A program made the translations under genes and the position numbers. Positions 36,079-46,618 of a DNA stretch of 64,000 nucleotides are shown piece by piece. Source of the stretch: Candidatus Latescibacterota bacterium. GTDB taxonomy: Bacteria > Latescibacterota > UBA2968 > GCA-2709665. Position 1 is the stretch's first letter. Each line of letters opens with the position of its first letter. The notes beneath the pieces are model-generated. The model was given only the letters and a program-made list of their open reading frames with translations. It was not told the origin of the DNA and made no database searches. The stretch spans positions 1,920,001 to 1,984,000 of the forward strand of contig OZ241917.1 in NCBI GenBank assembly GCA_965203805.1, written 5' to 3'.

Positions 36079-38439
36079 ATGCCCTCATCCGCAGCCGAAA
36101 CGTCCGTCCGCGCGGTCACGGTGATGATCTACACGCGTTACGAATATCGCAAGGTGTACGCCCGGGTCCACCTGCTCGGCGAAACCCATCTCGCGCCAGG
36201 GGGCAAAGTGGAACTGGTCCTGTACAGCACGCGTTCCGGTGAGACGAGAGAAACCAAAGACGTCGAAGCTGTCGGGTGCGACGAAGTCGCCTTTGACACC
36301 GGGGAGATTCCGTCGGGCTGCTGCGACTTCAAGGCCACCTTTATCGACCGGTTCGGTACCCGCTTCACCACCCGTACGCTGCAGGACAAGTGGCCGGGCG
36401 ACTTTCCGTGGCTGGGGTCCCGCGAGGGGATCACCCGCCGGGTACCCGGACCATGGACGCCGCTGAATACCACCGAAACCGGAGACGGCCTGGAAATCAC
36501 CTGCTGGGGCAGAACCTACACCTTTTCGACAACCGCCTTTGCGGCGCACGCGACCTCAGCCGGCAGCCGGCTGCTTGCCGGCCCCCTGAGGCCGGTCGCC
36601 CGTGTAAACGGCAAAAAGGTCCGCTGGACCGGCGGCCGTCTCGAACTGATCTCGGCGGAAAGAGACCAGGCTGTGTTCAATATACGATTCGAATCCTCCT
36701 CGAGTCTGACCGTGTCGGCCAGACTCGAAGTCGACTTCGACGGGATGGCACGAGTCGACTGGTCCGCCACCGCCGGCACGATCCTGCGCCTCGACGCGCT
36801 TTCGGTTGAAATGCCCGTTCTGAAGGACCACGCAAAATATCTGTACCACTTTCCCGGTAGCTGGGGCGAAGCCAGAAACGTCGGCGCGCTGCCGAAGAGC
36901 GATATCAAGATGGGGTTTCGCCCGTACATCTGGCTGGGGGACGAGGACCGCGGCATCTCGCTGTTTGCGGAGTCGGATGCGGGTTTTCACGTCCGTAATC
37001 CGGGGAAAGTGACAGAAATCGTCCGTCGCAAGAACCGGGTACGGCTGCGCGTCCATTGCGTCTCTACACCAATAAAACTCCTTCCGGGCAGCCGCCAGGG
37101 CGGGCAGTTTACAGGTTTCGGAACCGAAGATCTCAAGCCGCTCACGCCCGGCGGGGTCGTCACGGACAAACTTCGCTACACCTTCGGATTCCAGGCCACG
37201 CCCGTCAAGCCCGTTACGGAGGACGCCTGGGACCAGCGCGTCTTCTGCATCGGCCAATCCACGACAGGTTTCAGTCCCCGATTGGACGTTTCGGACGCCC
37301 TCCTGGACAGGTGCGTGGAGTCCGGCGTCCGGGCCGTCGTCCTCTTCGAACACTGGGCCGACGCCGAAGCGTACACCCGAACGCCCCATGCCGCTGAAGT
37401 CCGGAAGATCGTCAGGGCCTGCAAGGACCGTGGACTTCAGATTCTGCTCTACTTCGGTTTCCTGATCTCGGATATCATCGACGAATGGCAGGCCGTGGGC
37501 AAAGACGCGCTCATCCTGCCCAAGGGCGGATATCCTGTCTTCCACTACCAGCCGCAGCCCGAACAATCCGCCTGGCGGGTCTGTCTCAACAGTCCCTGGC
37601 AGGACCTGCTCACCGACGGAATGGCGAAGATCATGGATGAATTCGACATCGACGGCGTCTACCTGGACGGGACCGAATATCCGTTCGGCTGCTGCAACAC
37701 CGAGCACGGATGCGGGCATGTAAGGGCTGACGGCAGCATCGCACAGACCTATCCCATCTTCAGTACGCGCTCGGCGATGCGGCGCATCTACGACATCGTA
37801 ACGTCCCGCAAGAAGGACGGCCACGTCAACGTACACAACTCCACCTGCATGACCATGCCCACCCTCGGCTGGGCGACCGGTTATTGGGACGGCGAGCAGT
37901 TCCAGGGTGTCGGCGGCGGGGTGGACGTTGCCAAACTTCTGCCTCTGGATGCTTTCCGCGCCGAATTCATGGGCCGGCAGTGGGGCGTTCCCGCCGAATT
38001 CCTCCACGCGGGCGCCGCCTACACGTATGAACAGGCCTGGGCGTTCACGCTTCTGCACGACGTTCCCGTCCGGCCCCACAATGCGGACGATGACCTGGAC
38101 CTCGCCGCCCGGATCTGGCGGGTCATGGACGCATTCGACCGCAAAAACGCCGATTGGCTTCCCTATTGGCGAAACAAGGACCAGATCGGCGTTTCTCCAA
38201 GGAACGCGCACGCCAGCATCTATCGCCACCCGGAAAACGGCGTCCTTGCGGCGATCTCCAATATGGGCGGCAAACGCCGGACCGTCACCGTCAGGTTGGA
38301 CCGGAAGAAGCTGGGCCTCAGGGGAACCTTGCGTGCGATGGATCCCCTGAACAACAAAACCGTCCCGATAAGGGACGGTGTATTGGAGTTTCCTCTTTCC
38401 AGCCTGGAGTGGAAACTCATCCGGTTGGTCGATGGCTGA
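36079..38439 (+). CDS. DUF6067 / GH123-like glycoside hydrolase domain protein
   Basis: VPGPWTPL..ITCWGRTY, EVDFDG, PYIWLGDEDRG, FGFQATPVKP, DGVYLDG, WDGEQ and WLPYW motifs. Confidence 0.72.
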   Translation: MPSSAAETSVRAVTVMIYTRYEYRKVYARVHLLGETHLAPGGKVELVLYSTRSGETRETKDVEAVGCDEVAFDTGEIPSGCCDFKATFIDRFGTRFTTRTLQDKWPGDFPWLGSREGITRRVPGPWTPLNTTETGDGLEITCWGRTYTFSTTAFAAHATSAGSRLLAGPLRPVARVNGKKVRWTGGRLELISAERDQAVFNIRFESSSSLTVSARLEVDFDGMARVDWSATAGTILRLDALSVEMPVLKDHAKYLYHFPGSWGEARNVGALPKSDIKMGFRPYIWLGDEDRGISLFAESDAGFHVRNPGKVTEIVRRKNRVRLRVHCVSTPIKLLPGSRQGGQFTGFGTEDLKPLTPGGVVTDKLRYTFGFQATPVKPVTEDAWDQRVFCIGQSTTGFSPRLDVSDALLDRCVESGVRAVVLFEHWADAEAYTRTPHAAEVRKIVRACKDRGLQILLYFGFLISDIIDEWQAVGKDALILPKGGYPVFHYQPQPEQSAWRVCLNSPWQDLLTDGMAKIMDEFDIDGVYLDGTEYPFGCCNTEHGCGHVRADGSIAQTYPIFSTRSAMRRIYDIVTSRKKDGHVNVHNSTCMTMPTLGWATGYWDGEQFQGVGGGVDVAKLLPLDAFRAEFMGRQWGVPAEFLHAGAAYTYEQAWAFTLLHDVPVRPHNADDDLDLAARIWRVMDAFDRKNADWLPYWRNKDQIGVSPRNAHASIYRHPENGVLAAISNMGGKRRTVTVRLDRKKLGLRGTLRAMDPLNNKTVPIRDGVLEFPLSSLEWKLIRLVDG

Positions 38440-38447
38440 ACGGCGTG

Positions 38448-39428
38448 TCAGGATTCATTGACTGCCTGCATCAGGGCGTGGATGTACCCGTAGGTATAGG
38501 CGAAGGCGACTTGTGCCGGTGCCTCGCCTGATATTCCGGGGACGTGATCCGGCATGATCATATACTCGTAACCCACCTCCTTGAACGTCCGCAGTGCTCT
38601 CAGCATGTCCACGTCGCCTTCGTCGGGAAACACCTCCACAAAGTCCCGGAATCCGCCCCTGATATTTCGAAAGTGCAGGTTGAAGATCTTCTTTCGGCGG
38701 CCGAACCAGCGGATTATCTCGTAGATTTCCTCGCCGGGATTTTCAAGGCTCTCTGAAATCGTGCCGAGACAGAAATTCAGACCGTTGTAAGGGCTGTCGT
38801 ATGTCTCGACGAACTTCTTCAGCCCGTCCACCATGCCCATCACCCGGGCGACGCCCCGGTACGTGACATCCCCTATCCCCGGGTCGGATGGATGACAGGC
38901 CATCTGGATCCGGTACTCTTCGGCCACCGGCATAATGCGTCCGAGCCAGTATTCGATACGTTCCCACATCGTATCGGCATCGGCCGCCCCGCCTTCGAAC
39001 ACCCCCAGCGTCTGGTCCAGTTTTGCGTATTCAAAAGAGGATAGCCGCGCCCCGCCGCGACCGGTTCTGGACCCGGTCCGGAGGTGACCGAGTATCGTTA
39101 TGTTATAGTTCAAGCCGCGAAGCCCTGCTTTGGAGGCCATCCGTACGATCTCGCACAGCCGGTCGATCTGCCGTTCCCGCTCATCTCCCGGGCCCAGGAA
39201 GACGGCGCCCGCGGGATTGCTGAACGCGCTGCCCGAACTAAGCGGGATGTGAATCATCTCGAGATTGATGCCGTACCTGTCGAATCGCTCGCGCATCCGG
39301 ATGAGCATCTCCGCCGTCCAGTCCGTCCACGGCTCCGACGGCGTCTGGTCCACATGATACACGCCCAGCTGCGAAAGGACCTTGATATCGGTTTCATGCC
39401 GGCATCCGACTTGCGTCCCTATGTACAT
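38448..39428 (-). CDS. uxuA: Mannonate dehydratase family protein
   Basis: MACHPSDP, SPYNGLNFCLGT, HFRNIRG, EVFPDEGDVDM and MPDHVP motifs. Confidence 0.82.
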   Translation of the reverse strand: MYIGTQVGCRHETDIKVLSQLGVYHVDQTPSEPWTDWTAEMLIRMRERFDRYGINLEMIHIPLSSGSAFSNPAGAVFLGPGDERERQIDRLCEIVRMASKAGLRGLNYNITILGHLRTGSRTGRGGARLSSFEYAKLDQTLGVFEGGAADADTMWERIEYWLGRIMPVAEEYRIQMACHPSDPGIGDVTYRGVARVMGMVDGLKKFVETYDSPYNGLNFCLGTISESLENPGEEIYEIIRWFGRRKKIFNLHFRNIRGGFRDFVEVFPDEGDVDMLRALRTFKEVGYEYMIMPDHVPGISGEAPAQVAFAYTYGYIHALMQAVNES

Positions 39429-39465
39429 GCTTGAGTCCTCTCGATGGAATCCACAGAACCTGGCA

Positions 39466-40344
39466 CTACAGCACGCCGATCGCCGGGCGGGACGGCATCG
39501 CAGCGGCAAACTGCGCCACGCTTTCCCACGGGGGCTTCAGCGCGTGACGGGAGGAGACCGGCTCGGGCCGGCGATAACGCACGTGCACGGTGTGTCTTGG
39601 ACGCGCGGTGTGCCTGACGGATCCGCAGTGATAGCTGCAATTGTTGAACAATACAGCGGTTCCCGCCCTGCCGTATATATCGACCCGGCCCGTTCGGCGC
39701 GTCAGTTCGCGTCCGAAAGCATCCACCCAGACGGGACGCTCCGGGTCGACGTAACTCACGTCGGCGTCGTCGATGCGCAGCCGGTCCCGCGCACCCCACC
39801 CGCTGCTCCCTGTGTGCGTTTTCGGCAGACTTCGCTTGGTCTCGACGCTTTCCGGAATGATGCTGAAGCAGTGGGATTCGTCGTCGACGTCATCCATGTA
39901 GAAGATCGCCTGCAGCGCCGGGACGAAAAACTCGTTTTGGTCTGCGCCTTCCACGTTTCCGCTGTCTTCACGATGCCACACGCGCGTGAGACACAGCGGA
40001 TCGCCACCATCGGCATCTTCGGGGGGTTGGACGTCGCAGGGCTCCCGCCTGAGAAACGTCAGACCGGACAACCGGGCGTCCGGGCCCAGGATACGTCGGA
40101 CGAGGGGCGCGATTGAGGGATGGCAGACCAGCCCGTCCAGGGCCTCGGTCCGGTGGAGGAGTTCGGGCGCGTCGCAGCCCACGGACAGATGACCGGACGC
40201 GGCGGGAGACGGCTCCCAGAATTCCGGATGCGCGTCGCGGTCCGCGGCGATTCCCTTGTTGACCCGGGCAACCTCTTCATCGGTCAGTGCGTCCGGGACG
40301 ACGATATAACCGTTTTCTCTGAAAAACCCGATCGTTTCTTCCAT
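39466..40344 (-). CDS. Phytanoyl-CoA dioxygenase (PhyH) family Fe(II)/2OG enzyme
   Basis: FFRENGYIVVPDAL, WHRED, IFYMDD..IIPES and AGTAVLFN..YHCG..R motifs. Confidence 0.8.
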   Translation of the reverse strand: MEETIGFFRENGYIVVPDALTDEEVARVNKGIAADRDAHPEFWEPSPAASGHLSVGCDAPELLHRTEALDGLVCHPSIAPLVRRILGPDARLSGLTFLRREPCDVQPPEDADGGDPLCLTRVWHREDSGNVEGADQNEFFVPALQAIFYMDDVDDESHCFSIIPESVETKRSLPKTHTGSSGWGARDRLRIDDADVSYVDPERPVWVDAFGRELTRRTGRVDIYGRAGTAVLFNNCSYHCGSVRHTARPRHTVHVRYRRPEPVSSRHALKPPWESVAQFAAAMPSRPAIGVL

Positions 40345-40706
40345 GGATATCTTCCCTCTCGCTACCGGTTCAGCCCGGAGCATCCAGGGGTTCGTCCCCG
40401 AACGTTCGTTCTGAGCGTTCCGACCGTTGGAGGAACCGCAACCCGTTTATTGAGAGCCTTCGCCCGTTACAACCACGGGTGCTTCCCACAAATCTAACGA
40501 GATGAATAGATAACAACGAGCGGGCATAAGTCAAGGCAAAAACCGCTGCAGCCGCCGTGCGCAAGGATGTTGCCGGGTGGTCATGCGATGGATATATTGT
40601 ACGCCGCTCAGCCATCACTGACCGCCATTCTCAAAACCAAGGCGGTGGAACCACCGGGCAGCCTGTTATTCGACTCCGATCGCCCGAAACCGCAAGAGGG
40701 GCCCCG

Positions 40707-42269
40707 ATGTCCAGACTTCGGAACGTCAACACGACCGATATCGCGGATGCCATCCGCCTGGGCTGCCGCACGATGTGCAACGTGTTCAACGCGGATGACG
40801 ACAATGTCCCCTTCTTCGGTTCCAGGGTGTTCCCGGAAGCGCGGCTGAGCTTCAGTCCCGTGCATTCCGAATCACACGTTCCCGGGCGCCACCTGAACGC
40901 ATTGCTCAACGCCGAAGATGCGATCGGGATCGAACTGGACGAGCGCTGCATCGACAACCACGCCAGCGCCGCCTTTCTTGCGTATAGCGGGCCCGTTGCC
41001 CTGCCGATCAACCGGGACGAGGCTGGGGGACCGCCAGTCAACTTCACGCCGCATAACTGCCGGGAAGGATTCCATGCGTTGTACCCCCTGGTCCATTTCA
41101 GACATTCCGAACGCGCCAGGGAGTTCGCCGAAGCCAGTATCCGCGCAATTTTGAAATACTGGAGTCCGATGGCCGGCTGGGACTACGATACCCTCGAAGA
41201 CGAACTGGGACTCCGTGTCCACCGCTCCACCTATGTCGTCGGGCTCGGACGTTCCATCGGACCGCTGGTGAAGTACTATAAGGCGACGGGATACGGCGCC
41301 GCACTCGACCTGGCTATCGTCCTGAAGGACAAGGCGCTGGAGTTTTTCACCGAGAGCGGGGACTACAACCGCGAGACCTTCGGTTCCCATACGCACTCCA
41401 CCACGTGTGTGATGTCTTCCCTCGCCCAGTTCGCCGAACTGACGTCTGACGCTCGCCTGATGGGCCGCGTGAAAGCCTTCTACGACAACGGACTCCCCGA
41501 ATTCAGCGATCCGCTCGGTTGGGTCATTGAAAACAGCGGGGACGAAGCGCCGGCCGACCGGGGAGAAATCAACAACTCCGGCGACATACTGGAAACCGCG
41601 CTCATCCTCGGCCGCTGGGGATTTCCCGAGTATTACGGCGACGCGGAACGCATTCTTCGGTCCCATATTCTGCCTTCCCAACTGCGCGACGTGTCGTTTA
41701 TCAATGACCCGCCCAATCCCGAGGGTGAGGACGGCAAACGGGCCGTCGCCGATCGTCACCTGGGCGCATTCGGCTTTCCGGCACCGTACGGGCACCATCC
41801 GATCGACACGGAAACTATCAGTTTCAATATGGACATCGTGGGCGGCGGTGTGGCCTCACTGTGTGAGGCCTACCGGGAAATTGCCCGTACCGACATTGCG
41901 GGCCACCGTGTCAATTTGCTGTTCGATTACGAGTCGCCGGGACTGAGGATCGAATCCCCCTACACGCATCCGGCGCTGCGCGTCCGTGTAAAGCGCGCGG
42001 GCCCGCTGTTCGTGCGCGTTCCATCCTGGGTACAGACGTCTCAAGTCCGCGTCCGCGGCGCGCGGGAGGCACCGCGGCAAACGAACGACTATCTCTATAT
42101 CGCCCGCCCCCCGCTGAACCGTACGATGACGTTCGAGTTTCCACTCACCGAACGGAAAATCGTCCTGGACCACCGGACCCGGCAGATCCGCGCGAGACTG
42201 CGAGGAGACGAAGTGGTGGCTATGGACAACTTCGGCGCGAACCTGACGTTTTTCGATCCGTACGAGTAA
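40707..42269 (+). CDS. Hypothetical (alpha/alpha)6 protein, GH127-like
   Basis: Long ORF with good codon bias; AERILRSHILPSQ, RVNLLF and LFVRVPSW resemble GH127/146 C-terminal motifs. Function uncertain. Confidence 0.6.
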   Translation: MSRLRNVNTTDIADAIRLGCRTMCNVFNADDDNVPFFGSRVFPEARLSFSPVHSESHVPGRHLNALLNAEDAIGIELDERCIDNHASAAFLAYSGPVALPINRDEAGGPPVNFTPHNCREGFHALYPLVHFRHSERAREFAEASIRAILKYWSPMAGWDYDTLEDELGLRVHRSTYVVGLGRSIGPLVKYYKATGYGAALDLAIVLKDKALEFFTESGDYNRETFGSHTHSTTCVMSSLAQFAELTSDARLMGRVKAFYDNGLPEFSDPLGWVIENSGDEAPADRGEINNSGDILETALILGRWGFPEYYGDAERILRSHILPSQLRDVSFINDPPNPEGEDGKRAVADRHLGAFGFPAPYGHHPIDTETISFNMDIVGGGVASLCEAYREIARTDIAGHRVNLLFDYESPGLRIESPYTHPALRVRVKRAGPLFVRVPSWVQTSQVRVRGAREAPRQTNDYLYIARPPLNRTMTFEFPLTERKIVLDHRTRQIRARLRGDEVVAMDNFGANLTFFDPYE

Positions 42270-42359
42270 ACCCACCGACGATAAACCGGATAGCCGTCTT
42301 CGAGACGCCAACGTCCCGCGCAATCAGGAACATGACCGCGCTACGGAAAGGAGCAAGGT

Positions 42360-43454
42360 TTGAAGATTATCCACATCAGCGCCACCCCGATCCGCGTACC
42401 GCGCCCGCAGACCTTTACCAGCAGCCTCGGGCGCAGCCAGGAGACCGAGAACGCGATCGTCGAAATACAGACAGACGAAGGCATTACCGGGGTTGGCGAA
42501 GTGTGCAGCATCTGGGACCGCAAGGGCCGCGGTCAGGCCGAAGACATCAACGACCTGCTCGCGGGGGCGCTTTCGGGCCGGGACCCATTCCGCATCGCGG
42601 AGATCCACGCGCTGATGAACAGCCTGTTGCATCGCTCCGAACCGGCGAAGGCCGGTGTGGACATGGCCCTGTACGACATCGTCGGCAAAGCGCTTGACAC
42701 GCCGGTTTACAACCTGCTGGGCGGGCTGGTGCGGGACCGCGTCCTGCTCAGCCATTCGCTATCCATGGGCGAACCGGATCAGATCGCCGAACAGGCCGCC
42801 GCGCTCGCGAATAGGGGATACCGAACGCTCAAGGCGAAGATCGGGATGGACCCGGAAGCCGATCTCGCCACCGTTGAGGCCATTCGCGAGCGTGTGGGAA
42901 ACGACGTCGTGCTGCGCGTGGACGCCAACATGGGCTGGCGAAACGCCAAAGAGGCCGTGAGAAATATAAAAACCATCGAACCCTTCCGGCTCGAACTGGT
43001 GGAACAGCCGCTTCACTTCAGCGACCTGGAGGGCCTGCGACACATCCGGGACCATGTAGACACACCCATTATGGCCGACGAGAGCGTCTGGACACCGACG
43101 GACGCCATGGCCTGCATCAAGGCCGGAGCCGTGGATGTCTTCAATGTCTACGTGGCTGAAGCCGGAGGCATCTTCCCGGCCGCACAGATCTTCGCCATTG
43201 CCGAAGCCACCCGGCTGCCCTGCATCATCGGGAGCATGCCCGAACTGGGTATAGGGACCTCCGCCCAGGCTCACCTCGCATTTGCCATGCGAAACCTGGG
43301 GTATGCCAGCGACGTGAACGGCTTCGTGTACCACGCTGACGACATCATCCTCGAAACCCTGAAGATTGAGGACGGCCACCTTCTGCCGCCCCCGGGACCG
43401 GGACTGGGCGTGAGTCTGGACCGGGATAAAGTCGAGAAATATCGGATCGTGTGA
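42360..43454 (+). CDS. Enolase superfamily, muconate-lactonizing-enzyme subgroup protein
   Basis: TDEGITGVGE, DMALYDIVGK, LKAKIG, RVDAN, EQP, ADES and GPGLGV motifs; AAGGAG RBS before TTG. Confidence 0.9.
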   Translation: MKIIHISATPIRVPRPQTFTSSLGRSQETENAIVEIQTDEGITGVGEVCSIWDRKGRGQAEDINDLLAGALSGRDPFRIAEIHALMNSLLHRSEPAKAGVDMALYDIVGKALDTPVYNLLGGLVRDRVLLSHSLSMGEPDQIAEQAAALANRGYRTLKAKIGMDPEADLATVEAIRERVGNDVVLRVDANMGWRNAKEAVRNIKTIEPFRLELVEQPLHFSDLEGLRHIRDHVDTPIMADESVWTPTDAMACIKAGAVDVFNVYVAEAGGIFPAAQIFAIAEATRLPCIIGSMPELGIGTSAQAHLAFAMRNLGYASDVNGFVYHADDIILETLKIEDGHLLPPPGPGLGVSLDRDKVEKYRIV

Positions 43455-43496
43455 AACCATACCCCATTTCCTTCATAATGACAGCTGGAGCACGCC

Positions 43497-44831
43497 ATGA
43501 CCACCGCCAGAGCCGGATGGGCCGAAGTTGAAACCACGCCGCCACTCGGGTTGCCCATGGGAGGACGCGGTCCTCGCTTTACACCCGGCGCACACATCCT
43601 GGACCCGCTCTACGCACAGGCCACGGTATTGGAAGATTCAAGGGGAACGAGGACCCTCTGGATATCCGTGGACCTGATCGGGCTCGCGCCGGTGATCGCG
43701 GAACCTCTCCGGTACGACCTCTCCGCGCTCACCGGGATTCCCATGGAAGCCGTCGTCCTGAATTTCTCGCACACCCACAGCGGCCCCATGGGCGGCTTTG
43801 AAGGCTATGCCACACCCGTGACCAAGCCGCGCGAACTTCACGCGTATGACGAACGCCTTTGCCGTAACATCGTTCGGGTGGCACTCGAAGCCGTGGATAA
43901 CCTTCAACCGGTTGCCGTAACCGAGTACCGGGCCGCGTCGGCGGTAGGCATCAACCGCCGCAGGAAAAGCCCGTCGGGCGAGATTCAGATGGGGCCCAAT
44001 CCGGATGGCGCACACAACCCGGACCTGTGGCTGATCGACGTTTCGGCGAAGGAGAGCGACGACCGGTGTGTCGTATTCAGCTACGGATGCCATCCGGTGA
44101 TTGTCTACGGTTACGCCTGGGACGGTATCTCAGCCGACTATCCCGGCGTTTGCCGCGCCACACTCAGGTCGGAACTCGGCGCGAACGTCCATTGCCAGTT
44201 CATCCAGGGCCTCGCGGGAAACATCAGGCCCCGTGTTCTGGCCGATCCGGATCGGGACGCATTCCGAAAATCGACGCCGGCCGATACCCAGGCCGCGGGA
44301 ACTGAACTCGCACGCGATATCGTCGTCGCACTCCGCAATGGCGGCAAAGAGCTGGACCTGAACATCGCGGCGGTTCAGGGACGTTTCCTTGCCCCGAGAG
44401 ACCAGGCGAGAATACCGCCCGTGGACCACTGGCGGTCTCTCCTGGATTCGGAAGATGAACTCAGCCGGAATCTGGGTGGCTACTGGGTCGCGCGGCTCGA
44501 GAGCGGCATCCCTCCGGTCAAGGCGGTACCGTGGCCCGTCGGACTGATCCGGCTCGCCGAAGGGCGCCGGATCGCATGGATTGCGGGCGAGGTCCTTGCC
44601 GAATGGCTGGACCTCGTGAGAATCTGGCTCAACGATACCGACCTGATTGCCTGGGGCTATTGCCAGGAAGGACGGGGTTATCTGCCCACCGACGAACTCC
44701 TGCCGGAAGGTGGATATGAGGTCGACCGCGCCAACACGTACACCATCACCGGACCCGGTCCCTTCTCGGACGGACTCAATGCGGCGGCGCGGGAGACCTT
44801 TCTTTCGCTCGCCGGTCAACTTCGGTCCTGA
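43497..44831 (+). CDS. Neutral/alkaline ceramidase-like amidohydrolase
   Basis: TPPLGLPMGG, DPLYAQA, SHTHSGP, YGCHP, SADYPG and YLPT..GGYE motifs. Confidence 0.82.
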   Translation: MTTARAGWAEVETTPPLGLPMGGRGPRFTPGAHILDPLYAQATVLEDSRGTRTLWISVDLIGLAPVIAEPLRYDLSALTGIPMEAVVLNFSHTHSGPMGGFEGYATPVTKPRELHAYDERLCRNIVRVALEAVDNLQPVAVTEYRAASAVGINRRRKSPSGEIQMGPNPDGAHNPDLWLIDVSAKESDDRCVVFSYGCHPVIVYGYAWDGISADYPGVCRATLRSELGANVHCQFIQGLAGNIRPRVLADPDRDAFRKSTPADTQAAGTELARDIVVALRNGGKELDLNIAAVQGRFLAPRDQARIPPVDHWRSLLDSEDELSRNLGGYWVARLESGIPPVKAVPWPVGLIRLAEGRRIAWIAGEVLAEWLDLVRIWLNDTDLIAWGYCQEGRGYLPTDELLPEGGYEVDRANTYTITGPGPFSDGLNAAARETFLSLAGQLRS

Positions 44832-44881
44832 AACTCCGCCCGGCCTGCGCTCCGCCGCGGTCCGCTTCCGGCATCGTCAAC

Positions 44882-46579
44882 ATGCCCCATCATTGGAGAG
44901 ATAGAGCCGGCACGTCCTTTGAAGTCCAGAAACAGCCGGCGTCCGGATCGCGCGGCGTGGTTGCGGCCAACCATCCTGTCGCCTCGGCCGCGGGCGCGCA
45001 TATGTATGCCCTGGGCGGGAACGCCATCGACGCCGCCGTGGCCGCGCTCTTTGCCCTCAACGTGGTCGAACCACAGATGGTGGGTCTGTTCGGCGCCGGG
45101 TGGATCAACATCCGTCTCGCCGACGGTACGCCCGTCATCCTCGACGCCTACGCCTGTGCACCCAATCAGGCGACGCAAGACATGTATGCGCCCGTGTCCG
45201 ACACCTGGCCGGACTACATGCGGGCCGAAAACGACGCCAACAAGGTCGGCCCCCTTGCGGCCGGGGTTCCGGGCGCGCTGAAGGGATGGTGCGAAGCGCT
45301 CCGACGCTGGGGCGTCCTGGATCTGAAGACCGTGGTCCAGCCCGCCATCCATGTCGCCGAAAACGGGTTTCCCGTCAGCCGTTACCTGGCCGAATCCGTG
45401 GAACAGAATCAGCGGCATCTCAGCAGATTTCCGGAAACGGCCCGGATTTTTCTGCCCCGGGGGCAACCGCCGGCGGCGGGCACACGCCTCGTTCAACCCG
45501 ACCTTGCCGCGACCCTGCGCGACATCGCCGAGGGAGGACCTGACGTCCTCTACAAGGGTCCACTCGGGAACAGGATCGTCGACCACGTCCGGCAAAGCGG
45601 CGGCATCCTCACCATGGAAGATCTCGGCGCCTACCGCGCCATACTGCGCAACCCGCTGCGGGGAACGTACCGAGGATACGAACTCGTTGTCCCGCCGCCG
45701 CCGTCTTCCGGCGGCGTTCACGTGCTTCAGATCCTCAATCTACTCGAGGGTTTCGACGTAGCCGGCCTCGGGTTCGGCACGGCGGACGGCATCCACGTCC
45801 TCGCCGAATGCTTCAAGATCGCCTTTGCCGACCGCACAATATACCTTGGCGACCCCGAACATATCGATGTGCCCGTCGAATGGCTGGTGTCGAAGACCTA
45901 TGGAGAGCAGCGCCGCCCGGAAATCGACATGGGGGGAGCGGCCAGCCCCGGCGCCGGCGTTCCGCCCCTGTCCGAATCCGCGTGTACCACCCATGTGACC
46001 ACCGCCGATGCGGCCGGCAACGTAGCCGCCATGACCCAGACCATCAACGAGGGGTTCGGCTGCAAGGTCGTCGCTCCCGGGACGGGCCTGCTCCTGAACA
46101 ACAACATGGCCCTCTTCGACCCCCACCCCGGAATGGCCAACTCGGCAGGGCCCGGCCGGCGCATGCTCAGCAGCAACGCACCCACCATTGTATCCAGAAA
46201 CGGCGACCCGTGTTTCGCACTTGGCACGCCCGGCGGGGTACGCATCTTTCCCGCCGTCCTGCAGGCCCTCGTCAACCTCATCGATCACGGAATGACGCTG
46301 CAGGAAGCCGTTGAAGCCCCCAGAGTCTGGACACAGGGCCAGGAACTGGAAGTCGAACCCGCCATCTCCGGATCCGTTAGAACCCGGCTCACGGGCCTGG
46401 GCCACGACGTTCGCGAGGTAAACACGGTAGCTGGAGGGATGAACGGCATCGCCTGCGATCACGACACGGGGACCATCACCGGCGCCGCGTGCTGGCGCGC
46501 CGACGGGTCTCCGGTTGCCATTGCGGGCGGCCCCGCGCGCCGCGGTATCCGGTTCAGACCAGACGCCGGCCGCGAATAA
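44882..46579 (+). CDS. ggt: Gamma-glutamyltransferase family Ntn hydrolase
   Basis: GGNAIDAAVA, GVPGALKG, PPPSSGG, nucleophile CTTH, LLNNNM and GTPGG motifs. Confidence 0.92.
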   Translation: MPHHWRDRAGTSFEVQKQPASGSRGVVAANHPVASAAGAHMYALGGNAIDAAVAALFALNVVEPQMVGLFGAGWINIRLADGTPVILDAYACAPNQATQDMYAPVSDTWPDYMRAENDANKVGPLAAGVPGALKGWCEALRRWGVLDLKTVVQPAIHVAENGFPVSRYLAESVEQNQRHLSRFPETARIFLPRGQPPAAGTRLVQPDLAATLRDIAEGGPDVLYKGPLGNRIVDHVRQSGGILTMEDLGAYRAILRNPLRGTYRGYELVVPPPPSSGGVHVLQILNLLEGFDVAGLGFGTADGIHVLAECFKIAFADRTIYLGDPEHIDVPVEWLVSKTYGEQRRPEIDMGGAASPGAGVPPLSESACTTHVTTADAAGNVAAMTQTINEGFGCKVVAPGTGLLLNNNMALFDPHPGMANSAGPGRRMLSSNAPTIVSRNGDPCFALGTPGGVRIFPAVLQALVNLIDHGMTLQEAVEAPRVWTQGQELEVEPAISGSVRTRLTGLGHDVREVNTVAGGMNGIACDHDTGTITGAACWRADGSPVAIAGGPARRGIRFRPDAGRE

Positions 46580-46618
46580 ACCTTCAATGCTGCATATCCG
46601 GAATCAAAGGACCCTTGC

